DNA of 60,086 nt, filler included, from Nemertoderma westbladi (lineage: Eukaryota; Animalia; Xenacoelomorpha), in the NCBI GenBank assembly GCA_032718475.1. It is 3 parts of 3 records of this genome, joined end to end, with 100 filler letters (N's around TTAATTAATTAA, not from the genome) between each part and the next. Parts side by side here need not be neighbours in the genome. Positions count along the whole stretch, not along the records: positions 39,643 to 60,086 come from JAUCBJ010003219.1; 2 more parts are not named here. One strand, 5' to 3'. The notes beneath the pieces are model-generated. The model did not search any database and had not been told where the DNA came from. It was given only the letters and a program-made list of their open reading frames with translations. The position numbers were made by a program, and so were the translations under genes. This document shows, one piece after another, positions 50,416 through 60,086 of this stretch (its first letter is position 1; the number at the start of each line of letters is the position of its first letter).

Positions 50416-52132
50416 CAACGTACGGAGTGAGTGTGTGACTATATTATTTTATATTTTTATTATTTTTATATTTATGTGTGTATTATTACGTAGTTTTATT
50501 ATTATAATCGTTTTCTTTGATTTTATTTAGTAGAATGTTATTTTAGCAATTATTTAGTGGACTAGTGCAATATATATATTCGCGTTTATTACTTAATTAC
50601 TTATATTATATATTAGTGCAACGGCGAGAAATAATTCTTTTGTCTTTCCTTACCGTCCGTATCATATTATAAATGCGTGACTGCAGTAAGGTGAAGTGTC
50701 CGTACTTATTAAAGTACAATAAAGCTCCTACTATATTCAAGTGTTGTTTGTGGGTGGAGTGTTGGGAATGCAAAGTTCGGATCCTCGTGTCTCGGCTAAA
50801 CCGGGCTCTGGGTAGACCTTGGAAATGACTTGCCTCTTCTCACTGACATTGCTTCTTGCGATATTGCTCTCATACCGTATATTGAATAATACGTATAGTA
50901 GCGTGATGTCCATTTAACAGTAGCGTAAAAACGCAAAATAAATCTGTTAAACCCTTTGACCATCTGTCATTCTAGTCGATTAAGATATCGCGGCACCCAC
51001 CGATATACTTGAGAGACAAAATTCTAGAATCAGTGGTTAACGTCCCCAGACAAGTTCTGGAATAAATTGGTCCCCATCTTCAATATTACATAGTTAATAT
51101 TTATAAAAATCTATTAAAACAAATGTTATAATAGAGTAAATGCATTTTAATAAACTCTAAAGAGTTTACAAACCCAGAAAATCTATAAATCGAAGTCTGT
51201 TAAAATTTGGATCCTTTGAAGTTCTGGTCGATTAAGATATCGTGGCACTTGCCGATACTCTTAAAAGGACAAATTTCCTAGAATCGAGGATCCTGGTCCC
51301 CAGACATGCTCTGGAATAAGATGGCGTCTATTTTGATGTTAAATAATGAAATTTACGGGAATAAATTTAAATTCATCTTTTAATGAATTTGATAAATTGT
51401 CATTTTTATACAATTTATAACATTCCCAAAATTCCATAAATTAATAGATCATGGGAGCGGAGATTCACCCTATTAAGTATATTAGTGTGCGAGAATCACC
51501 AATATATAGTCAATAGCCGATAAAATTCATAAAATCATATATAAAGGGGGAAATTGACAATTAAAGAATTACTATTGAATAGCATACCAGATCTGTATGC
51601 ATGAGAATTACCCTAATTCTACTGCTAGCTTTCCATAATGTCACCATAGCAGCAACCACGCTAGAATTAGAAGCGAGTTAAAAGAACAATAGAAAGCTTG
51701 CCCCATTGAATAGCATACGGAATAAATAGCACACTGCTAGTATCCAAGGATACATAATAATAACGTGGCATTCTGGAAGGCACTTGACTAACGGACAAAT
51801 GGCCCGAATGTGTACAATTTGTGACAGTTGTGTGGAATTTGTGCATTTATAGGTGAATGTTACTACTAAAGTGTGTTTACAGTAGCTAGTCGCAGTTGTG
51901 AAAGTAGCCCTACCTCTACAGTAAGAACCTGAAGTAAATCTAAGCCCTTGGGATGGACGGACAGTGGAGTGACTCGCGCTGATTATTGTTGTCGTTGTGT
52001 AGCTACTACGTTGGCGATAGGCACCGCGACAACAGTACATCGGCGCTGAGGATCTTGCGCTGTCTGGGGGCAGTGAGGGGTAGGCAGCGACGCCTAATTA
52101 AAATTTATTATAATATTGATAAACTCATATAG

Positions 52133-55100
52133 CAGCAGTTGGTAGAAGATGATCTTGGTATCAGGGAGCGATATACCTTACCGTTGCAAGCATTTGTTGA
52201 TAGCTTAATACGCGGCGATGCTAGTCCAACTACTACGGAGGACGATGGCCGTTATATCAAACCGCCCATGTCCAAGGAACAACTCACGCATGAATTGGAC
52301 TATAGAAAATTCACCGCTCGCTATACACATCGTAATGGTACGTATATGGACTTCTTAACTACTGGTCATCCTATCGATTTACACGATACGGACGATGTAG
52401 ACACCGAAAGGGAAATGGTTCTATTTAAATATCATACCCAGCGGAGTCAGAACGACAAACCGAGAATCGAACATGAGAATTCTATTCGAAACTGACTCGA
52501 AAGAGAAGACGTTGAAGAGCCGGATAAATGCAGCGACTTCAACGAATATCTGGAATTCTTGAGAGAAACATATCTCAATATTGCCAGTCAACAAAATCTA
52601 GAAACTCGATATCCTCAAGGTATACATCATGACCCTATGATAGAACTCAAACGGCTCTATTTCACTATGATGTATCTTACCGCCGATCGACCACTACCTG
52701 TTGTCCCAGATAGTTTCGAACAGATGGAGGAATATTGTAAAACTGGAGAACGATCACCCGCTTTTCCCTTACAGGATGTGCGTCTTTGGTATTATTGCGA
52801 TGAATGCCCTAGACCCAACCAACAAACTGAAAGACATAAACACCCGCGGAGATGTTGCGCTAAACATAGTTTTACTCACTATACTTACGGGAGTTTCGAG
52901 CGAAACTTATTTGACATATCACCTACGCTTGCTCGACTCAAACGTTCCTTAACTAAACCTATGATCAGAGTTCCGGAATACTCAATCAGGCCTCCTCATT
53001 CCATAGTAAGACCTCAAACTCTTGATCCTAATAGTATCACGGATCCTCCTGAACTGTACTCACTGTTCAAAAATCTTGTGTTACCCGGACAATTAATCGG
53101 TGGCACTCCGGTAGTGCACTCTCTAGATATTTGCCCATCCTACCTATCCGGATTGGGACACGGACATCTAATATCGCCATTCAACCCATACAATCGTCCT
53201 GGTTTAACCCCGATACAACCCGTCACCGAAGTCGAGGAGAGCGTTGTACGAAACGCGTTAGACGCCATTCGGCAGAAGATCGGAAAGGGAACTTACGATT
53301 GTTTAGAGAAACGCCGATTGCAGCAACAAGTCCAAGCGGTGAAGGAGTTGGCCTTACCCCAGTTCGATCGAGAAATCCAGAACCTCGAGGAAGACATCGA
53401 ACTTGGACGAACCTATTCTCTACAAGAATTTTTAGACGAACGCTTACAACGACAAGCGGAGGAAAATCAGCTCGAGGAGAAACATATCGAAATGGATGAG
53501 AGAGAAGAAGCAGCTTTAGCCCAACCAGAAGCTCAAATCCTTATGACTGATCTCTATTCCAAAACCATCATTCATCCCTCGATGGTTCCCCAAACTCTTT
53601 GCAATAGTACAACCCCAACCGGTTGATATCAACCTGAGATCTCGAGATCTCATCGCTGACGCTCCTATGTTACAGCGTCCGCCAATCGAGGCCGCTCGTG
53701 TCGATGGTATACTCGTTGAACCTCTGGGCAATCGAGCGGATCTTGTCCGTCGTATGGTATACGAGGTCAACATACGCGCTATACATTTACCGAACTCATT
53801 TTATGGGATCAAAGACCACCCTTATTATGTCAATCTAACTCAATATTATATGGTAAAACCTGAAGATCTGACACATAGTCTAAGGTTTCTACCACTAATA
53901 AATCCTCTCGACCTTGTCGAACTCGAACAATTGCAGAAACATCTGGATCAGTTAGTGAAAGTAAACTCATTTAGAAAACCCTACAATGTTTCCAGAATAG
54001 AGAAGGATATAACGACTCCGTATAATCTCGATGGATTTATTAAAACTCGATTAGTCCATTGGAATCTCGACGTATTATTCGAGGAAGAGAGAATACAAAG
54101 ATATGGAGACGTAGAGACGTATACTACACAGTATATGAAGTATAGGGATCTCCCTAACGCTAGCGAATGCGCCACCTTGTGGCATCCGGTGGGGATGACC
54201 CTAGAGAACGCCACTAAAGAGTGGAATGAAACTCTTAACATTATCGAAATGTATGGAGTTGTCACTTACGATAACGAAGGTAGCGTTCCAGTCGGAGAAC
54301 TGGGAACATAGGCGCATGATACATATACGAGGACTAGCTGGTTCTACCCACATGTTTACTCGAGTGTGTTCCGACGTGATCAATTATTCTTTTGAGACTC
54401 TCACCGAGATACAAAAGAAACTCCGACATGGACAATTCGAACTCGCGCAGCGTTACGTCACCGACACCGAGCGCAAACCGGCCCTGGGTATCGATGGATC
54501 GATGTTACCCCAGCCCGTGCTCGAGATGTTGTTTAACGAAAGAATCCTTAAAATCGGCTCAGCTGTTTATGGAGATCTCCAAAACGACTTCAGGAACATG
54601 GAGAATATCCCATATCCTTTCGTAGATTCCCAGCTGATTGCTCCCTGGGAATAAGGCCAAGGTTTCTTTCAAACTATGTATGCCAATACACCCAGCGGCA
54701 TCAATAAAGTACAACGAACCTCCATCGGACATCTTGCCTTCCAAGAATACGGATGGAATTTCAAAGTCGGAAACCCTATTAACTATCAACAAGTATATGG
54801 AGATCATTATTCTCGATTATACTTTGACGGACCATTGACCGCACCTGGCGTAGTGTATAGCTTTATGAGTGTTCCCCTTCGCCCCTCATTAGCTATATAC
54901 ACTATCTTCGAGAACGCCGCACTTGCCGGTTGGCTAGCCTATGTGTGCAGTCGTACTATACGCGCCCATCCCTTAATACTTGGAACCAAAATTTAATACT
55001 ATATACAAAAACTTAATACTTGGAAGCTAGATGAACACAATAAATTCATCCGCTTCGAATGCTTTAGCCGCTTTCTGACTCCGTTCCGTAATGTTGATAG

Positions 55101-56390
55101 TCAGTTCAAGGACCGCGCTTTGACCAAGCTCAGCCAAAGAGACTCAGCTGCTGAGAAGTTAGACAGTGCTGGATTCGCCATTTTCAAAGACGTTTTCATA
55201 CAGAACTTACATTCCTCTGTTATACAAAGACCTCGAATCCCCACGGGTTATTCTATCGTGGAAGTTCAGACACTGGGTTCGCTTGAGGAGACAGCTACAC
55301 CTACCTCAGCTATGCAATTGGAAGACGAACCAATATGCTTAGAAACCGAGGAGATTCAGCCCACAGCGTCCCGGAGCAGTGACAACGACTATGTTTTGGA
55401 ATGGTATCAAGGTCCACAATGTCTCACTGCGTACGATTATCGACATGCCAATTATGTCTCTAGGAAACGTTGCCGATTGTGCGCATCTCGAGACCATTTC
55501 ACCCCAACGTACCCTGCTCCTACTTCCATGAACAGCCTACGATGGAGATCTATTGTGCATATTGGAGACCCAATGATTTGCACATTTTCGCAGTCTGCCC
55601 CCAATTTATGACTCAATGCCATCATTGTCAGTTTAAAGGACATGCAAGTTTTGATTGCCCTTTCAATCGCGATCTGGAAAGCGTAGATGAAATGATTACT
55701 CTACGCTATATCCGAGCCTGGGAAGCGAACGCGGATTTACATTGTGAGTCACGTCATCGCTATTACCCTGGACGTGCCTACGAAGGGGTTTATGCGTTCC
55801 ACCCGTACCTATTTGCGTCCGTGGAACAAAAATCTCGCACGCCGAGTTACGAACTAATGAAACGTGTTGGCGAGAATATTTTGACCAAATTTGTTCGTAA
55901 ATATCTCAGGAACATTAACCCCAATGATCTTAATTCCTATAGCTTGATCAACTTCATCCGTCAAGATCCAGAATATGGTGACCTGTTCATCAACTCACAT
56001 CCAGAACTACAGGAGGTTCATAGACGACCTTATGAATATAGAGCCCAAGAACGCGAGTTAGAAAGAACCATCAAACCGAGGAAGTTTCTCACTACTCACG
56101 GTCCACCTACCGCTCTAGTGCAGACGACTCGTCAGGGACCAGTAAGAGCTGCTGTCTTGAAACACGCTCTGAAGGTTGTTCGACCTTGCTCCACTGAGGT
56201 TGATATCGATCAACCGGGTACCTCTACCGGCGGATACACCGACCGCAATCCTAAACCTTCCGATGCAATTGTATTGCACCCTTCACCCCGGAGTTATAGC
56301 CCTCCTAGTAAAGTGGCTTGCCCCAAAGAGAAAAGGACTCTTGCTAGCCTCAAAAAACTGTGTAAACGCCGTCCGCGTAAGAAGGACTAG
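52133..56390 (+). pseudogene. Disrupted ~1,400-aa extra ORF of LTR element copy B: unknown N-terminal half, DEDDy-like 3'-5' exonuclease, CCHC knuckles, basic tail
   Basis: ORF pieces join via in-frame stops (52493, 54652) and frameshifts (~53610, ~54300, ~54990, ~55500). Exo I-like GVVTYDNEG, Exo II-like LPQPVLEMLFNERILKIGSAVYGDL, Exo III-like AIYTIFE; collinear with 19363-21138. Confidence 0.8.
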
Positions 56391-56468
56391 TAGTTTAGAG
56401 TATTCTTATATTTTAGAAACTGTGATTTTGTATATTTTATAGACTCCAATTCCATTTTCTGGGAGCGG

Positions 56469-57616
56469 TGTAAAAGCTTTTGCGGATATAATAAGCCATT
56501 TTTCTCCGCAATATACCGTGTAGGTATTTTAGCGGACATAATAAGCGATTTTTACCCGCTATGTCTGCATGTGTGCTTTAGCGGACATAACAAGCCATTT
56601 TTGCCGCAATGCGCATAAATACTCTAAAGGCTGGAATTCAGATGACGACATCTACCAGCTGATTTACTGTACTCGTGGAACTTTTTCTTTGTTCGGCTCA
56701 GCCAATCAGAGCGATTTTCATTTTATGTGTGCTTTAGCCATACGTAAACCGTGCTAGGCATTTCAGTCTTGGTGTTTATCTTTTCTAAGCCCAGAACACC
56801 GGCTTAGGATTGTTCTGTGCTTCTGTAGAAGTTTCAGACTTTGGCCAGAACATTAGATGGCTTGGATTATCGAAACGTAAAACTATTACCATATCATATC
56901 AAACTAACATACCTCCTAATTAACTGCACTACTGTATTCACTGCATTATTTTACTGTCTGTTATTAATGGTTGTATATGTTGATGGATATATTGTTATAT
57001 TTGGAGAATACCAATAAAGAACCCTAAAACCCCAATCTTCTTGATTACTGAAGGTGAGAGGACAGGTTACCGGTAGCAATTGCGACTTACATTATAGTGG
57101 TTTTGTGTGAATTAAATGCTATTTCATAATCCCTACATGTGTCAGTTGCTATCCTCCTTATATATGATCAAATTCAGTGACTGTCGGCAGATCAGTGTGA
57201 AGTAGTGTGAAGTCGTGTGAGGTGGTGTGATTGATAATAAAGCATCTCCTAAAGAATGCGCCTTTTACAAAACTCAGAAGCCATCTAGTTGTGATTAGTA
57301 TAAGTCATAACTCTGTTTTTATACTTAAAGCGCCACGTCCAAAAGGAACTGTTAATATTTTCCCGAAAGTAAATATATTGTCAGAGATTATATAGTAACG
57401 ATCAATCGAATAATACAGTAGGTCTACAACGCAATAATAAGTCCAAGCTCCCGAATCCAGTCTCCCTTAACAGTGGGTGAATGGTCGCGCATAGACTGGC
57501 TTCGGCTAATGTTATTTCAGTGTAATAAATAATTGTTATCGGCTAAAGTCGATTTATAAATTGGAAGACACCTAAAATTGGCAGGGTAAACTGCTAAAGG
57601 TCTAAAAGCGCGAACA
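56469..57616 (+). mobile_element. LTR copy 3 (3' LTR, 1148 bp)
   Basis: GGGAGCGG (56461-56468) then TGTAAAAGCTTTTG...AAAAGCGCGAACA. Confidence 0.88.
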
Positions 57617-57769
57617 GAGTTTAAAGCTCATCCATCCCATCATAGTAGAAATGTACAGAACAACAAGAGTCCAACAAGAAATGAAAACAAAAAAGTTGGT
57701 GCCAGTTTCCAAAAAGGAAACCTAACACTCTATGGTTCTTTTCGGGGAATCTCATTGATCTAAAAAAGC

Positions 57770-59067
57770 TAAACAATAGAATTATATTAAATCGCTTCAG
57801 GGATCCCATTGAGAGACTTCTCCTTCGTGGAAATCAGAATGGGTTCTGAAAACGTCGTGGGACCATAGATCCCATTTTGGCACTTAGAAGGATAATTGAA
57901 GAGTTATCAAAAAAGAAAGACAGGCATCTGGCTGTTATCTTTGTTGACTTCTTCAAGGCCTTTGATTCAGTCTTTCACTCATGTATGTTCAGCATACTTT
58001 CATTATATGGGATTCCTGATGAAATTATTGCAGCAATCAGATCAGTATACGATGGTTCGACAACATTTGTGTCTACTTTTAGTTGATGGTGACACAGAAC
58101 CATTTGAAGTATTATGGGGAGTCTTCCAAGAAGACACCCTTGCGCCATTCTTGTTCATAATTGTGGTTGACTATGTTCTACGCATGTCCTTAGATCATCA
58201 TAATGATGACTCCACCTACTGGCTCCAGAAGTTGAGGAAATCCTGCCAAGTACCTAACTGATCTAGACTTTGCTGATGACTTAGTAGTACTCTCAGAATC
58301 ACTAGAGGGAGCCCAACGGCTCCTCAGCTCATTAGAACAGGCTGCTTCTACTGTTGGTCTTTTTATTAACCCCAAAAAGACCAACATTTTTCCAGTTAAC
58401 TTTGAAATTCCTCAGCTAGTAACTAGCTACCTAACTATAAGTAACTAACTAACTACCTATTGTAACTAGTTTCTAAGTCAGGTGAGGACCTTCAAATACA
58501 TAAGGGAAAGGCATGAGCTGCATTAAATAGGCTTTCCAGGATTTGGAAGTCACAGAGAATTAATCGGAAACTTAAGATCCGATTATTTAGAGAAGCAGTA
58601 CTCCTCTATAGGAGTCATTGCTGGGCTCTAACTGCTGAGGCCACCAAATCTCTGGATGGCACATTCACAAGAATGCTACTCCGGGTTCATTGTGTTAAGT
58701 ACAATGCACACATCTCCAACCAGACACTATATAACATTGGAGGTATCTTATTGGTTCCCCCAAGCTTGGCACTAGAACAATGTCACCTCCGCTTTGCAGG
58801 ACATTGCTTTTGCCATGAGGACCAGCCAGTGCATAATCTTGTACTTTGGCATCCACATGTAGCGGATAAGCATGGTGGACAGCCCATGACTTTCTTGAGA
58901 TGCATCTTAAAGGACACTGGCCTTGAAGATGCGGATGATTTAGCGAATGTCATGGGTGATAGGGAGTTGTGGCTGCGCAATTTTGTTGACAAGTCGGCAC
59001 AACATTCTTAAAAATTCAGCTGCAATGCAGCATGCCGATCATAGTAGTAGTAGTAGTAGTAGTAGTA
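57770..59067 (+). mobile_element. Decayed RTE-like LINE, RT through 3' end, with (TAG)n tail
   Basis: NQNGF, LALRRIIEE, FVDFFKAFDS, GVFQEDTLAPFLF, DLDFADD, LRFAGHC; several frameshifts; TAG repeat at 59042-59066. Confidence 0.88.
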
Positions 59068-59135
59068 AACAGTATGCATTTTTAAACTAATTAATATCTA
59101 TTTAATAATAATTAATAATAGTTAATACTATTTAT

Positions 59136-59371
59136 GAGGCGGGGTAGCTCAGTTGGTTGAGCGCCGGGCCTGCAATCTAATGGTTGTAGGTTCATCCCCG
59201 CCAGGGTCCACTCAGCCTTTCATCCACTGGGGTCGATAAAATGAGTACCAGTTAAATAACTGGGAGCAAATCTTGGGATAGGAGTAGCGCCCACCCCTAC
59301 CCTCGGGTAGCAGCTATCGAAAGAGGAGCCTTTGGGTCGCCTCCGGCTACGGCCGACTGTTTGCTTGCTTG
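59136..59371 (+). mobile_element. Full-length tRNA-derived SINE with V-domain-like core
   Basis: A box TAGCTCAGTTGG, B box GGTTCATCCCC, core ACTCAGCCTTTCATCC...GGTCGATAAAATGAGTACC, 12-bp TSD AATACTATTTAT. Confidence 0.9.
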
Positions 59372-59914
59372 AATACTATTTATAATTGTTTAACAGAAAA
59401 ATTAAAATTCCCGAAAAATTATTTCGGACAAAATTGTGGCTATAGTAGTGTTTTTAGTCAAGTTGACATTATCGCTTTTGGCCTCTAGAAGGCGACACAA
59501 TTTTTCCAATATTTTGCAACGGAAACTTTGACCATCTCTGCACCACTGCAAGTCATAAAATATGCAAAACTATCCACACATAAATTATAGCAATTTACAA
59601 AAAGGAATAACCCACCCCCCTAATATGGTGTGTCTGCTGCCCCCCCATTCCCATTAAACACACAAGGGCATTTAGTGGGTGGTCGTTGGTCGTGTTATGA
59701 TTGTAGGATCTGTGCCGGTATTGGCTCGCAGTTCTGTTACACAATACCCCATATCTATCTAACTATGAAGCTTTGTGATTCCAATACACCAAAATAAAAA
59801 CTATATGTTTAAAATAATATTTATTAATAACGATATTGATAATTAACAAATATTGAGTGTAATCTTAACTTTGTCATGAAAAAATAAAGTAGGCCTATAT
59901 TTCCTGACATTACT

Positions 59915-60086
59915 AACGACGCGTGTCCTTCCACAGAAAAGTAGTTAGTAATAGATGACGAATCCAAATCTGCGAACGAACTCTCAATAAGTTTCGCTTT
60001 GTCCATGAAGGTCATTTTATCCACTCCCACTCCGTCGAATGTAAGGTGAGACAGTTCAAATCCTTGGTCATCATAGAATACCATTT
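59915..60086 (-). CDS. Probable coding exon of a gene extending past the right edge
   Basis: VFYDDQGFELSHLTFDGVGVDKMTFMDKAKLIESSFADL...NYFSVEGH reads as globular protein and ends near a GTTAGT donor-like site; family not identified. Confidence 0.45.

Noticed and set aside
59136-59210. tRNA gene (also 47324, 32870, 5756)
   Set aside because: A and B boxes are present but there is no proper cloverleaf; 47324 and 59136 have SINE bodies and TSDs, and the other two look like decayed heads.

Overview
AT-rich metazoan genomic DNA dominated by transposable elements, with two 100-nt scaffold gaps (18208-18307, 39543-39642). Probable host genes: an intronless GH3-domain (GHDC-like) gene plus a partial paralog, a three-exon PRR13-like gene, a ~5.2-kb (GTPSPP)n repeat whose variation looks protein-constrained, and an exon cut by the right edge. 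Mobile DNA includes BEL/Pao pol remnants, a gag-like ORF with its LTR, CRE-, RTEX- and RTE-like LINE fragments, V-core-like tRNA SINEs, and MULE-like and Sola-like non-autonomous elements. The best candidate for an undescribed system is an LTR retroelement family (three ~1.15-1.19-kb TGT...ACA LTRs). In two copies a large extra ORF sits immediately before the purine tract and 3' LTR. Reconstructed at ~1,400 aa, it has WRN/Mut-7-type DEDDy 3'-5' exonuclease motifs, three CCHC-type zinc knuckles and a basic tail. The 3' part of the LTR holds an RNA structure supported by compensatory base changes. All family assignments are by-eye motif recognition; no searches were run.
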